A DNA stretch of 64,000 bases, taken from positions 58,156,001 to 58,220,000 of the forward strand of contig NC_042997.1 in assembly GCF_006345805.1 (NCBI RefSeq), given 5' to 3'. The notes under the pieces are model-generated. The model made no database searches. It was not told where the DNA came from and worked only from the letters and a program-made list of their open reading frames with translations. This DNA comes from Octopus sinensis (Eukaryota). This document shows, in pieces, positions 38,200 to 53,068 of this stretch. Each line of letters opens with the position of its first letter. Within the stretch, counting starts at the first letter, position 1. The position numbers and the translations under genes are program-made.

Positions 38200-39670
38200 T
38201 TTTGACTATTTCAAGAATTTTATTACAATTTCTACTTCCAACTCATCTCTTCCTTCAACCCATACTTTAACTCTCTCTCTCTCTCTCCTTCACTCTTTCT
38301 CTCTTGATTTCCTCTCTCAGCCCACTTTACCACTTTACAATATATTGTACAAGGCGAAAGTTGTTATGGATAATTTGCCAGGAACTACACATTTTTGTGC
38401 GTCTTTGACTATACTAAAGATAAAAAGTGTCAATGTCTTTGCAAGAACCTTTGCCAAAATCTTTGATTTCGAGTAGAACAGAATTATAGACCTGAAGTTA
38501 CCTATTATGTACTCCTTGGGCAAGTCCATTCTCAGCATTGTCACCAATGCTGCCAGTTGCAATTAACAGATGCTAAAGATGATTGCAAATAAATCAGGCT
38601 TGTAAGAATAACATTTGTAGAGCTGACTATATAGTTCTGGTAATTTGACTCTTGCATAGTTGCTCAACATGTTTGCTACTTCATCTGCTGAAGTTGGTTT
38701 TAAAGCATTCAACATCTTCAAACAAGAACTTCGATAGACCACTGATATCTATCGTCAGTTCTTTGTTCCCTGTGAACAACTTAGCAAAGTACTGCTGAAA
38801 AACTGCTCACATTTACAGGAAATCAGATAGCTCACACATGCTGCAGCCTTTGTTGTCACACAGTGCCTTTACAATCTAGGCCTATTGAACAATTTTTTCT
38901 GAGTTGTGTTTCCGAGCATGTACTGTAGCATAAACAATATATCCTTGGTGTGGTCAAGGTCAACTCAAACCATAAACATGTTGTATGCAATATCTTTTCT
39001 GTTTTCCTTTTCTACTCAGCAGCTAAAATTGATAGAGTTTACTCTAATTTTTTTTTAGTGAAACCCACTTTCTCTAATTAATAATTTGTACCTGTCAACT
39101 CCATCTAAACCAATTCATCTCATCTCTGAAACCTTTCTGTGCTGGGAATGATGTATGAAGTTTCCAGTTTAATTATGGACAATTTATTTTATAATTGACT
39201 AGCTGACTCTTATGAAAACTGTATGTGTCATGAATGATCCATTGTGGTTTGTTAAGTCCACATTAGTATATTCAGAAAATTCATGTGATACCTGTTAGAG
39301 ATTATTTGAGTGGATGTACGAGACCTTTTATTCCCTCTCTTCTGTTAGCTACTCTCCACAATCTCTGTACTCATTTAAGATGTCATACCAGTCACTCACC
39401 AAGATTAATAAGAGAGAGTTTCCTAGTAATGTCTCTAGAAATCTGAAGAAATCCTGTTTAGGTTGGGGCATAAACAGTCCTACCCTTCCAGGACCACTGA
39501 CCAACTATCAAAGCATAAGAAGATCATACTGTACTTTTTTGAAGCAACACTGCTAGGCCACTAAATCTGAGTTGGCTAAAAAAAGTGTAGACTGAAAGTT
39601 AGCTGAAAGAAGGTCAAACAAGTATATCTTTGATATTCTTTTTTCATTAATGATTGCACATATAGGCTTA
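38200..39670 (-). mobile_element. Degenerate L1/Tx1-type LINE ORF2 relic
   Basis: ORF 38335-38562 NFRSIILFYSKSKILAKVLAKTL..IVKDAQKCVVPGK resembles the L1/Tx1 RT motif NYRPISLLNxDYKILAKVLA..Q..VPGR; boundaries approximate. Confidence 0.65.
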
Positions 39671-40391
39671 GTGACTTGAGATCATTCAACAGGTGTTCCT
39701 GCTTCACAAATGAATGAATTTAAATAATAGATGAATTAAGAAGTTAGTGAGGGGAAGGTGTGGAGTGCTAAAACTTTTAGTAAAAGAAAAGGTATATGTT
39801 CAAGAAAGTGGTGTAAAACAAATAATATATAGGATGTGTAGTAGTGAAATGTTGATTGGTTTTTTGTCACTCTCCTATTATCCAGTCATTCACCCAATAC
39901 ATAGCATTACACAGATAACTGTGGTGTGTGCAATGCTGCCTTTTATTTTTAAACCTTTCACATGCAGGTGTGGCTGTGTGGTTAAACCATGTGACTTTAG
40001 GTTCAGTCCGACTGAGTGGCACCTTGGGCAAGAGTCTGGTGCTATAGCCCTAGGCTGACCAAAGCCTTGTGAGTGGATTTAGAAAGCAGAAACTAAAAGA
40101 AGCTAAAAAGCCTGTTGTGTGTGTGTGTGTGTGTGTGTGTATGAGTGTGTATCTTTGTGCTGTGTGTTCCTCACTGCTGGTGAGGTGTTGGTTCATTTAC
40201 ATCCATGTAACTTAATGGTTCAGCAAAAGGGACCAACAGAATAAGTAACAGTACAAAAAAAATTACTGAGGTTCATCTATTCGACTAAATCCTTCAAGTT
40301 GTACCCCAGGATGACTGCAGTCCAATAACTGAAACAAGTGAACCATAGAAGACATTTGCATGTAATGGATTTTAGCTTTAATTTAGAAATT

Positions 40392-40583
40392 CTTTTCTAC
40401 TCCAGAGACAAGGGCGGAAATTTTGGGGGAGGGGGCCAGCGATTAGATTGATCCCAGTATGCAACTGGTATTTAATTTATCAACTCCAAAAGGATGAAAA
40501 GCAAAGTCAACCTCAGCGGAATTTGAACTCAGAATGTAAAGACAGATGAAATGCGAACGTTTCTGCCAGTTCACTGCTTTATT
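40392..40583 (-). mobile_element. tRNA-derived SINE with 15-bp TSD
   Basis: tttaatttagaaatt on both sides; same family as 7986-8206. Confidence 0.8.
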
Positions 40584-40993
40584 TTTAATTTAGAAATTAA
40601 ATATACTTCTCTATATTAATAATATAAAAAGTCTATAATTTGATAAAAAAAAAATGCAGCTGAAAATAAAATCTATAAAGAGAGAGTATGATCATAAATT
40701 TTGTATATTTTTCAAAAGTAATTTAACTCCACCTAACAAAACCTAACCTATGACAATGATAAGTTAGATTCGGTTCAGTAAGGTTAGATTAGTTTCAGAA
40801 AATATACAAAACATTTGCATTACAAATACATTTCTCTTTACTAATAACAGAGTTAATAAAAGCCTACATTTGAATGTATTATATGTCAAACATGACTGCA
40901 ATAAATCTAAAAGTACTAAAAGTACAAAACGTATAATTTTTAGTCAGCTTGCTCTATTGTAATGACACTTTTTGGATGTTCATATACTATATA

Positions 40994-41410
40994 GGCGTAG
41001 GAGTGGCTGTGTGGTAAGTAACTTGTTTATGAACCACATGGTTCCAGGTTCAGTCCCACTGCGTGGCACCTTGGGTAAGTGTCTTCTACTATAGCCTCGG
41101 GCTGACCAAAGCCTTCTGAGTGGATTTGGTAGATGGAAACTGAAAGAAGCCCATCATATATATGTATATATGTATGTGTGTGTGTATAATATGTTTGTGT
41201 GTCTGTATTTGTCACCCCCCCCCCCCCCAACATCGCTTGACTACCAATGCTGGTGTGTTTACGTCCCCGTAACTTAGCGGTTCGGCTAAAGAGACCGATA
41301 GAATAAGTACTAGGCTTACAAAGAATAAGTCCTGGGGTCGATTTGCTCGACTAAAGGTGGTGCTCCAGCATGGCCACAGTCAAATGACTGAAACAAGTAA
41401 AAAATAAAAG
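40994..41410 (+). mobile_element. Full-length bipartite CORE-like SINE with internal microsatellite
   Basis: tRNA head GGCGTAGGAGTGGCTGTGTGGTAAG..GGTTCAGTCCC, CORE-like GCACCTTGGGTAAGTGTCTTCT, (TA/TG) spacer, 3' half ending GACTGAAACAAGTAAAA. Other copies near 39965-40345, 43345-43710, 44025-44465 and 55910-56240, plus several on minus. Confidence 0.85.
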
Positions 41411-41529
41411 TATCTTTTATCTTTTACATATTTATTTCAGCTTCTCTCTACCAAAACCACTCACAAAGGCTTTGGTCAGCCTAAGATTAGAGCAGAAAAT
41501 ACCTGGCCAAGATTCTATCTAGTAAGATT

Positions 41530-41815
41530 GAATCTGGACCCATGTAATACTTATTACAGAACTTGGCTTGACTTGGCTTCATGCTCTTGCTTGTGGGGCT
41601 GGGGTCATTCCAAGTTATTGGTCTCAAAGGAGTCATCTTGTGTAGAGCCAACCAGGTCACCAGTGCTCTCCATCATTGGCTGTTCCATGCCAGCCCTTCT
41701 GCATCCTCTAAAGTGATGTCAAGCCTCTGGAGATCTTCCCCAATCATGTCTATCAATCTGGTGTGAGGCTTGCCACGAGGCCTCGTCCAGCCTGTAGCTG
41801 CTGTGTCAAACAGGT
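41530..41815 (-). mobile_element. RTE-like LINE 3' fragment
   Basis: GWTRPRGKPHTRLIDMIGEDL..W resembles RTE C-termini. Confidence 0.55.
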
Positions 41816-44756
41816 GTAAAGTAATAATTCTTTTTAGATAATGTATTTTTAATGAACCTCATATGGAAATCATAAATCTTAGCTTATACCAATGAAATAG
41901 TGGGAATAGATCAGTTTAGGTGTCATAAACTTCAAGCAATTGGAATTTTGATGTCCTGACTAAACTAATTATAAATATTCTATTTTTGCATATGCTAAAT
42001 CTTTGAAACATCTGTATACACAAGCAATGACAATAAGTTGGTCCTTCTCCAAACAGTTCAATTTAATAAAAACATTTAATAAAAACATTTAATAAAATCT
42101 ACACAAGGGTCTTGAGAAATGTGTCAGACATCTAAATATAAAGCCAACAATAACAATCAAGATTAAAATAAAATCTAAGAATAAAAAAATAACTAGAAAA
42201 ACACTTTCTGAAATAGTTAGGAATAAATTAATGTTGGCAATATATAGCAAATAAAAATGAAGAAAACTATTTAAATCAGATCGATATTAGGATCATAACT
42301 AAATATAAAATCAAATAAGATAATTAGCAGCCTCAGTAATTAAGTGTAACTTTGAATATAGTAAATTATAAATTGAGCAAAAAGAAAAAAAAACATAGCA
42401 AAAATGCTTGTGATAAGATAAAAATACACAACAGTAAATCCAGTGTAGACAAAATTTGACTGAATGAGAGTGGGATATGGTTTGACAAAACAAGAATAGT
42501 CTGTTGAGTACAATACACTAAAGGAGAAAAAGCCTCTAATAATAAGAAAATTATAATAAGATAATTACAATTATAAATGTACAGTATTATAGATTGATTT
42601 AAGCCAATCTTACAATCAGTTTTGCACCAGATATATGACAGGGAAGTTATCTAAATACATGTGTTGGCCATCTCCATCCTGTTATCTAATATTCAGTGTG
42701 AAACCAAATGATAAGACAGGTTGAAATGGGTCTATAATACTGAACACTTTGATTAATATACAAGTAAAAATATATTATTTTCTCTTGATTAGGAGACAAA
42801 TAGGTACAGCATACAACTGAAGAGAAGAACAGTACACTAGTTAAAAAAGCAAAGAAAATACATAGAGTATGAATTCCTTGTTATGACTAAAGATGTAAAC
42901 ACAACAATGTCCTAACTGGTGAGTATCAGGCAAATATGAATAAGATTAAGGTAAATCTGTAAGGATGTTAAAATAGTTGGCCAAAGAAACTATCTTAAAA
43001 ATGTAACCAATCAAGAGCAATATATTATGTACAGATTATGCAGTTGACATAGGTAGTATTATTAAAGACAGATTGTTATAAAGATTGACCTTTTGTCAAT
43101 ATATCAATCTCTTCTGAACAGAATATTGCTTGGGAGTAGAGACTGAGAACTGTCAAAATAAAAGGATTGAGAGACAGAGAATGAAAATGTATGTGGAAGA
43201 TCAGAGTAGTTAGCTCTCTGATATTTAAATGATCAAAATGTAGAGAAAATTGTTTATTGGGCGTTTTCAGCTTAAATAAGTGTCAGGAGTATGTTTGATA
43301 TAGGAAATTAAAATTTCCTTATGTAGCTAAAGGTACTTTCATAGGGTTAAAAAGCTTACTTTGCAATCACATGCATGGTCTTGGGTTCAACCCCACTGCA
43401 TGGCACCTTGGGCAAGTATCTTCTACATTAATCTCAGGCCAACCAATGCATTATGAGTGAAATTGGTAGAAAGAAGTTATGTGTGTGTGTGCATGCACAG
43501 GTGTCTGTATTCATGTCTGTGTATGTGTTTATGTTGTTTATCAGAGCAAAACAAAAAGTTTTGTATGAAGAAGTTTAAATTAGCAATTCAATAAAATATA
43601 GATCAATAAAATTAGTACCAAACTGAAATAAGTACTGGGTTGATATGAAAATCTCTGAAGATGGTTGTTCACCAAGGTTGCAGTCCAATGACTGAAACCA
43701 GTAAAAGAATAACAGAATGTATTTATAAATTATTCAAATGTCAGTAATTCTGCAACAATCAGGACGTTATAATTGCTAGCATGCAACAATGATGTTTAAA
43801 CACGCAGAATCCTTAGAGCTTATCCGAGCTTTCAAATTTGCCACTTCTTCCTTGTATAGTATTTGAAGTGCTAAGAATTATTAACAATAGACATTATAGA
43901 ATTAAAAATCGTATACAGAAAGAAAAAAAAATTCTATGCATCATATATCCTGACATAAAAAAAATAGTATTATTTGATAGAGTACAGATAACTTGATAGT
44001 GTTCTCTCCTAAAAATATATAGGTCTGGCTGTGTTGTAAGAAGTTTGCTTCCCAACTACATGGTTCTGGGTTCAGTTCCAGTCTGTGGCACTTTGGACAA
44101 GCATTTTTTACCATAGCCTTGGGCCAACCAAAGCCTTGTGAGTGGATTTAATAAATAGAAACTGAAAAGAAGCCCATTGTATATATCATCATCTTTTACC
44201 ATCTGTTTTCCATACTGGCATGGGTGTGTCTTTGTGTCTGTGCTTGTTCTCCACCATGGCTTGCCAACCGGTGTTGGTGTGTTTATGTCCCATGTAGCTT
44301 AGCAGTTTGGCAAAGAGACCAACAGAATAAGTACTAGGCTTTTTTTAAAAAAAAAAAAAAACAAGTACTAGGCTCGATTCATTCAACTAAAGATTCTTCA
44401 AGGCAGTGCTCCAGCATGGCCACTAATGACTTAATAACTGATGCAAGTAAAAGATAAAAGATAAAAAACATAGAACACAAAGACATAGGAAACACACGAA
44501 ACTTCTATACAGCCAGCTGAGCTGCTAAAATAGCAGTCAAATTGGCTTCAAATCACACCTGACCACTATAATAAACAGGAAAACAGTCATAACTATATTA
44601 CATCTGAAAATAAGATGGGATGATTATAGGTGTGTCATCTTTGACAAGAATCTAACCTCTGACCCATAGCATAGCTAAAATGTCAGGGCTGATATGAAAC
44701 GTTTAAACAACACTGCATGCATTAGAAGGCACATGAAGGAGACAAATGTCACTATA

Positions 44757-45096
44757 ATCCTTTCTATTACAGGCACAAGGCCTGAAATTTTGTGGGGAGG
44801 GGACTAGTTGATTACATCGACTCCAGTACTTGGCAAGTACTTATTTTATTGACCCTGAAAGGATGAAATAATAATTGCAATAATGATATTTCCAAATTTT
44901 GGCACAAGGCCAGCAATTTTAGGGGAGAGGGTAAGTCAATTACATCAGTCCCAGTGATTTACTGGTACTTATTTTATCAACCACAAAAGGATGAAAAGCA
45001 AAGTTGACCTCAGTTGAATTTGAACTCATAGCGTAAAGATAGACAAAATGCATTTTGCCTAGTGTGCTAATGATTCTGCTAGCTCACTTCTTTCAG

Positions 45097-45139
<43 letters not shown>

Positions 45140-45840
45140 CAACAATCCTTTCTACTAAAGGTACAAGGTCTAGTCGATTACATTGACCCCAGTAATTGAC
45201 TGGTACCTATTTTATTGGCCCTGAAAGGATGAAATGCCATAATAATAATAATAATGTTTTCAGGCCAGCAATTTTAGGGGAGGGTTAAATTGAATACATT
45301 GACCCCACTGTTTGACCAATACTTATTTTATTGACAACACCAAAAGGATGAAAGGCAAAGTCAACTTTGGTGGAATTTAAACTCAGAACATAGCCATGGA
45401 TGAAATACTGCTAAGCAAACCGTCCAGCATGCTAATGATTCTGCCAGCTTGCTGCCTTACTACTACTAATAATAATCCTTTCTACTAAAAGCACAAGGCT
45501 TGAAATCTGTGGGGGAGGGGACTATATATTGACCTCCAGCGTTTCACTGGTACTTAATTTATTGATCTAAGAAGGATGAAAGGCAAAGCTGATCTCGGTG
45601 GAATTTGAACTGAGAATATAGCAGCAGACGAAATACCGCTAAGAATTTTGCCCAATGTGCTAATGATTAATGATTCTGCCAGCTCACCACCTTACTACTA
45701 CTACTACCACTGCTGCTGCTGCTGCTGCTGCTGCTACTACTACTACTACTACTACTACTACTAATAATAATAATAATAATAATAATAATTCTTTTTACTA
45801 AAGGCAAAAGGCTTGAAATTTTGGTGGAGGGGCTAAATAG
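44757..45840 (-). repeat. Head-to-tail cluster of about seven full or partial SINE copies with (AAT)/(ACT)/(GCT) spacers
   Basis: Repeated cctttctact..ggcacaaggc..gaaaggatgaaaggcaaag units. Confidence 0.85.
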
Positions 45841-46789
45841 TCAAATACCAATGGGTATCAACTAATCCCTCCCTTCAGAAAAAAATGTTGTTGCTGTTAT
45901 TATTATTTGAAACTTGAAGTCTTTCACATGTGCTGTCTGTGCAATATCTGCAACATAAAACAGCAAGATAAGATATCAGTTGTTAAAATCTTAGAAAAAT
46001 GTGATATCTCCAGCATTGAAAGCATGCTGTTGTGAATTTAGTGCAGATGAGCAAGATATGCTGTTCAAATGCAAGATGATCAGATTCCATAAAAATTCTT
46101 TTGTATGGTCAAATCACAAAAGTCTGTAGCTTAATTTAACGGCTTGGGAAAGTTATTGCCTAGATTGATCTGAACGACATAAAATGTGCTATGATGCATC
46201 TAAACATTTTGAGTTGAAGAAACAGAACAATAAAAGAATTATATCCTGCAATTAACAGACACATTTGTCCAATCCCAGACAAAATCAAAATCATAATTGT
46301 CTTCATTGTAACTTCTTTGCAAAATTAATACTTGGACTCAAATAAAATAAATAGATGCAGCTTCTTTTATTTTTAATCTTTTTAATTAAAAAAATTCTTT
46401 TATTCAAATGATAATGGTAATAATGATGATGATGGTGGTCACAGGAGTATGTATGTGTGTTTGTGTTTTAATCCATTTTTTAAAAAACCCTTTTCTTCAA
46501 ATAATAATAATAATAATAATGAGATGATGGTGGTCATAGGAGTATGTATATATGTGTGTTGTGTTTGTGTGTGTGTTTGTGTTACTTTGTCTTGACATTG
46601 TATAATAGTTGTAAAATAATTGTCATACAAGCAGGGTCATTCCTTTCCAATATTCTGTGAGAACATGTTTGACCATAGGAAAATATTACCTTGCTTGGAA
46701 AACAGTTGACAAAATGGGTGCAGGGAGTTTTTTTTTTGCCTCTAAACCAGCCAAATGATGTGAGTGTGGAATTATGAAATTTTTTAAGG

Positions 46790-47730
46790 GAAAATGTTAG
46801 TCAATATCATCAACCTCAGTCCTTAACTGGTTCTTTATTTAATTGACCTCTGAGAGATGAAAGGTAAAGTTGGCCTTAGTGGGATTTGAGAAAGGGTTTA
46901 TAAAGAGTCAGAACAAATATTATAAGTCATTTTGTCTGATGTTCGTAAATGGTTTTGATTTAGGCACAAAAGTCACAATTTTGAGGGAAAGGAGTAAGTT
47001 GATACCACTGGCTCCAGTATTTGATTGGCACTTTATTTTACTGACCCCAAAAGGATGAAAAGCAAAGCTAACTTCAGCTGAATTTGAACTTAGAGCATAA
47101 AATGTGGGAAAGAATACTGCAAGGTATTGTTTCAGAATTTCTAACAATGTTGCTGAACCAATATCATGAACCAATATCATAATAATATCATGATAATCCT
47201 TTCTAATTTTTACACAAGGCCTGAAATTTGGGTGGGGGGGGGGCTAGTCAATTACATGGACTCAGTGCTCAACTGGTACTTATTTTATCAACCCTGATAG
47301 GAAGAAAGGCGAAGTCGACCTCAGTGGAATTTGAATTCACAGTGTAAAGATGGATGAAATGCTGCTTCACATGTTGTCTGGTGTGTTAAAAATTATCAGT
47401 AATAATAATAACTTTTTAACATAAGCACAAGACCACAAATTAGGAGAAGAGGGATTAGTTGATTATATCAACCCAGTATTTAACTGGTACTGTATTTTAT
47501 TGATCCCAGAATGAAGAAAGGCAAAGTTGATTTTGGCAGAATTCAAACCCAGAATGTAAAGAGTTGAAACAAATACTTCAAGGCATTTTTAGCAACACCT
47601 TAACAGTTCTGCCAATCCACCATCATAATTATTGTTTTTAACATAGGTACAGGGTCTGAAATTTGGGGATGGGGGATCAAATCGACTTCACTGCTTGACT
47701 AGTGTTTTATTTTACCAACACAGGAAGGTA
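46790..47730 (-). repeat. Head-to-tail cluster of about five older SINE copies
   Basis: Same family as 44757-45840, more diverged. Confidence 0.75.
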
Positions 47731-47934
47731 AGTTAAAATTCACTAACTTATTACCTCACCGCTGAAGGCTGGGTTATGAGAAACAGCTGGATAAAGTGAT
47801 TCTGTTATTATTATCATGATAAACAATAACAGAGATACTATTTCTACCACTGGCAGCACACCAATTGTCTGCATTGTTTCTCTTGGTATCATTATCCTCT
47901 TTGTCACTATTATTATTGCCATCTTCGCTAGATG

Positions 47935-48215
47935 TGCAATGTCAGTGTGCACATATGACAGAATGCAAGCATCTTGAGAGAAAAATTGGGCATAAGAGGT
48001 AACAGACGTGGTGTGCAAGGGAGAAAACTGTACCAGTATGGTCATATGATGCATATGGACAAGGACAGCTGCATAAAAAGATGCTGATCTCTAACTGTCG
48101 AAGGAACCTGTGGAAGAGGTAGACCCAGGAAGCCATGAAATGAGGTGGTGAAGCATGATCTTCAGATTTTGAGTCTCATGGAAGTGATGACAAGTGATTG
48201 AGACCTTTGGTGATA
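47935..48215 (+). mobile_element. RTE-clade LINE 3' fragment
   Basis: YGHMMHMDKDSCIKRC..VEGTCGRGRPRKP*NEVVKHDL matches the RTE C-terminal WYGHVxRM..GRGRPRKTW pattern. Confidence 0.7.
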
Positions 48216-48399
48216 TGTAAAAGGCACCCGTACTGGTGACACATAAAAAGGTACCCACTACACTCTTGGAGTGGCTGGCATTAGGAAAGGCATCCAGCCT
48301 TAGAAACCAAGCCAGATCAGACAGGAGCTTGGTACAGCTCTCTGGCTTACCAGTCCCAGTCAAACCATATAACCCATGCTAGCATGGAAAGTGGATGGT

Positions 48400-48880
48400 A
48401 AATGATGATGATGACGATTATTGCCATCACCATTACCATCACAGCCACCACTGACCATAACTACAGAATGATTAACCTCATCATATTTACCATATCACTT
48501 TTGGCCATTGCAATAAATAAAATAACATATAATCAATGTTGTTGTTGTTATCATTACCACCATCCTCCATCACTATCATCATACCACCACCAGGAACACC
48601 ACCACCGCCTCCATGATGATCGTCATTATCATCACTTCCAGCATCCCTAACATTACTGCCATCATCAACATAACTATCTACTTTAAAATCATGCATTTAA
48701 AATATCATCACCAATATCATCTACTTCCACTGATACTATCATTGTTATTATCATTGCTATTCTCATCATCATCTGCTTTCTCTTGATGGTTACCAATATC
48801 ATTGTTGTTGTCATTATTTTCACCCTCTTCACTTTCATAATTATTACTATGACCATCACAATCATAATAGTCACAATAAT
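48400..48880. repeat. Degenerate (CAT)n low-complexity tract
   Basis: Visible directly. Confidence 0.85.
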
Positions 48881-51800
48881 GTCTGTAGTTATTGAGAGAA
48901 TGCTGACTGTTTAATTTGTCTATTTATTTATTCTATCATTCACTTATATGTTAAGGAATGCCCAAAGCAGACAAAACAGCCATAATGTTTAAGACAGCTG
49001 GAATAAGCAGTTCGTTATTGCAAAGAAGACAAAAACCAACCCTCAATCATGGCACTAAAGATTGGTTTAGCTTTACCACTTCTTGTATCTATTGTTCTTG
49101 AATTCTCACAAATGACTGTTTCTATTGCTAGCTGAGGACAGGAAGGTTTTCGCTTAGCAACAATATTAGATCTTTGTAATGATTTGCTGTAAGTGCTTTG
49201 TTAAACAAAGTTGTATGTTTAGTGTAAACACATGAGACTGAAAAAGAAGATTTAGACTTTGCATCTATTTACAAGCATGTGTCTGCATCTGTATGTATCT
49301 GTATCCATGTCATGTGTTTACAATTATCATGATAAAAAATGGTTTTGTGTACAAATATGTAACTTAGCAATTTTATATTGATTAATAAAATAACTACCAG
49401 AGTAAAAAAAGTATTAGGATCAATATGATCAATTGAAAACTCTTGAAAGTTATTCACCTTCTTGACCACAGTCCAGTGATTCAAACCAGTCATTTACTTA
49501 TCATTTTGTCTCATATACACTCATTCTCTTCTCTCTGTTCCTTCATTTACTTTCAGTCCACAAAACATTTGAACTTATTTCTATTATAAAAATGCAACCT
49601 GTCTGTCTCCATTTCTGTTATAAAATATTTTTTTTTGCTAGCCAAATGAATAAGGACAGTAAGTGTTCATCACAGATTGGTGAGATTAATGTAGTTGATG
49701 TAAAACATTTGGAGGTCAATATTTGCAGAAAGAATGGTCAGGTAAGAAATTTCAGGTGTTTGCTGTCTTAGGAAAGAATTGAACAAAGATTTTAGTTTAG
49801 AATACAGAAAATGAAACACAGGCACCGTAAGAGTGAGAGAAGAGTAAAGCTCAAGGGGTTGGGTGTATCTGGATAGAAAGCACATGCAGTTAGTTAGTTC
49901 AGAAGAGTCGAGGCTATTGTAATATCAATAAAAGAAGCAAAGAAATTGAAACTAGACATTTGTGAGCAAGTTAAAGTGTGAATCATTGTCAAATTGAGAA
50001 TGTGATTGCAGCATCACCATCATACCATATATATATTCAGTACTCCAATATGGTTCATACTTGAGCTTTCTAGAAGTTGAACAACTGATCAGGCCTGAAG
50101 TATTCCCTGGCTTTAGAAAGAAATCCTAGTCTTTATGATGCAATTTTTTGTGATTTTGTATATGTGGGTTTCCTATGAGCATAATCTACTTGCCATTTTT
50201 ATTGCTGCACTTATGTCCATTTTTCTATGCTGGCATAGATATTATCATCAAAATTTTATATTCATTTTCCCAAGCTGCCATGGGCTAAGTGGCATCACAG
50301 TCCACTTCATCTTGCACATACAGTAAGAGAAAATTGGCTTGTGAGGAATTCTATATGTGGTTGCTCATTCTACTAGAATCATACTATACAACATAAGGAA
50401 ATGAAAGAACACATTGGACACAATGTAGTCTGACATACTCCTAAAAAGACAGGCTGGTTATGGCTAGAATGCATTTAATTGCAAGTTCAGTCAGATAGTC
50501 AGGGTTGATCAGGAGCTAAACAACATCTGGTCAAGTAAGGCATTATGTATATCTTACTGTAGTACTAAATAGGTTGTTCCATGTGAAGAAAAGTACAAGT
50601 CATCTCTGTCTGGTATCAGTTTTTATTTAAAGTTACTATCCTTCTAGACTGGTAACTAGCAGTGCAGCTTTCAAAGTTCATGTCCTGCTCATATGTTCCT
50701 TTGGACATGTTTTCTATGGTGAGATACACTTCCTATCAACAACCACATTAAACAATAACTGTATAAAAGACTCAATATGTAAGAAGAATAAATAAATTCT
50801 TTTTTGTTTTTTTGCAGTTTTGACAACTAATCTTTGCCCACTGAAACTCTTTAAACTGCAATGAAACATTGAATGCTTGTTAAACAATACCGTGAGGTAA
50901 ACCATTCACTATGAGTGATTATCTGTGCTGACTTTTAATACCTTCATTTTTTGCATTATAGAGGTGTGTATTCTGGGTATGCTGGGCAAGTGCTTGCACA
51001 CACACAAAAGATGAGAAATTCATCATAGATATTAAATTCACTCAATAATATATTCATGGATCATAATAGGAAACTAATCTTATTAACAGCCTCTTATTAT
51101 GTGAAAGTGGAATGCTAAAAATAACAGACAGTCTAACAAAGATTGGAAAAGTCATTTCAAGTGTTTCTATAAAAGAGTTATAAAGCCGTATGCAAATGAT
51201 CCAACTGTGTACTAACAAACATGTGTAAATATACTGTAACAAATTATGATTGATGATAGTTGAGCAAACACAAATCTAGATTAAACATATTTATGAAGTT
51301 TTGGCCCAAGTTACAGAAGGTGAAAAGTTTTAAGTTAAATATAGTATGAAAATGATATGTCACGGCAGTAAATTGGTAGATCATGAAATTGTTCCAATAA
51401 CACTGATAGTAAAGAGAAAGTATTTTGTAAAGTTAAGTTACATTGAGCAAAAGCATGAATCTAATCTAGAATATTATTGGTGTGGCTTTGCGTGATGAAT
51501 TAATTGTTAATTACTCATTAACAATTTATGAATTAACTGTTATAAGCAAATGAGAAGTAATATGCTTAACTTTGATGTAATTTTCCTATAAACACCAAAC
51601 AATTAATTTTTTTAAAGATAATCCCTCTTATATCGGCAACTGACAAAAGTCCTTATAATCATTATCATCATCATCATTTAGCATCTACTTTTCATGCTTG
51701 TAGGGGTCAGACAGCTTGACTGAAACTGGTAAGCTGGAGAGCTGCACCAAATTCCAGTCTGATTTGGCATGGTTTCTACGGCTGGGTGCCTTTCCTAATG

Positions 51801-51979
51801 CTGGACACTCCAGGAGTGCCACCATAAATGATAATTTTTTAGCAATAAATAACATTTATATGAAACAAATTGTATACTGTCAAAACGTGTTTGCTTGCTT
51901 ATCATTTAACTTCACTTCTAATTTGCCATTTCAAATGGCAAATTAATTTAGCTTTAGCTCCCTTTGTCAAAAGAGTTAC

Positions 51980-52840
51980 AAGAACATTTATTCAGTAATG
52001 AATGATGGAAATACAAGCTCAAAACACTATTAGCCACTCCACCTTGAGGAGTTAAGAAACTTTGTACTACATATTTTCAGCAAATAAAAGATCCAAATGC
52101 TATAGCTTGGAGAATATTTGAAAGACTGGGAAAGGAGTTGACTCTTTATTAGAAGCAACAATCCAAAACGAAGATATGAGATAGTGCAATTTTTTGAAGT
52201 ACATGATTGATTTTGTTCTTTTTTGGAGGGGAAACCTGGTTTAGCATTTGGCAGATCATCACACTGAATAGTAAATCAAGCAATGAGAACTTATCTGATC
52301 TAATAGAACTGCTTTCAATTTAAGATTCTACTTTCCAAGAGCATGTGCTATAGATACAGAATACCAACTCAGAATGTTCTAATCTTGTGAAGGAGTATAT
52401 TTTACTGGAAAGGAGATCTTCAAAATATTTCACTGACAGTTATTTTGGTTGCAATCCCTTAACTCTTCATGTGTTGAACAGACAAAATTTCTGTTGAGGT
52501 AAATTAATACAAGATTTTTTAAGTTCAAGAATGCAGCAATAAACAAAGGGAAGAAGATAGGTCAGTTAATCATGAACACTTTGGAGGATCATACCATTCC
52601 CCAGAGTAATTGCAGAGCATAAGCACAGAGCAATGGTAATAACATAGCAAGGAAGTACAATGGTGTCCAAGTAAAAGTATTACGGCTGTGTTCAATAGTT
52701 ATTTGTTCCCTGTGTGGCTATCATACTATCAATTTGTGTGAAAACAATACAGCTGAATGCATATTGGAAATCATAACATATTGGAACAATTTGAAACAAT
52801 TTAAAACTTGTTTAGTTCCAGCTCTAAAAGTAATGGGAAT
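51980..52840 (+). mobile_element. Degenerate hAT transposase relic
   Basis: NCRA*AQSNGNNIARKYNGVQ..CGYHTINL resembles the hAT motif CRGQGYDNGANMSGKYNGVQ..CxxHxLNL; many stops. Confidence 0.7.
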
Positions 52841-52848
52841 TACTTTAA

Positions 52849-53068
52849 ATCTTTAGCATTCATATTATTCTGTCCAATGAAATGCTTATTTATTCACATT
52901 ATTTTGAATTAATCATGCATGGTTTCATAATTTTAAGATTTTGATGATGTGATTGCTTATTTTTAGAATGACATTGTAAGGTAGGAAAGAGATACTGGAT
53001 CAGGCCAGTTTAAACATAAAACAGGTAGAATATTTGGGTTGGCTATGGCCAATTTAAAAGCTAAAGGC
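52849..53068. mobile_element. piggyBac-type MITE family A copy
   Basis: TTAA on both flanks; family sequence. Confidence 0.78.

Noticed and set aside
40994-41065. tRNA-like sequences with A and B boxes, here and at other SINE heads
   Set aside because: They continue into SINE bodies and lack a complete cloverleaf, so they are not tRNA genes.
43776-43870. Possible terminal exon LQILYKEEVANLKARISSKDSACLNIIVAC* on minus
   Set aside because: No recognisable homology and no partner exons; could be a chance frame.
50891-50915. MORN-like peptide IVNGLPHG followed by GT, a candidate MORN1 upstream exon
   Set aside because: In-frame stop three codons upstream, no polypyrimidine tract, and no YxGxW motif.
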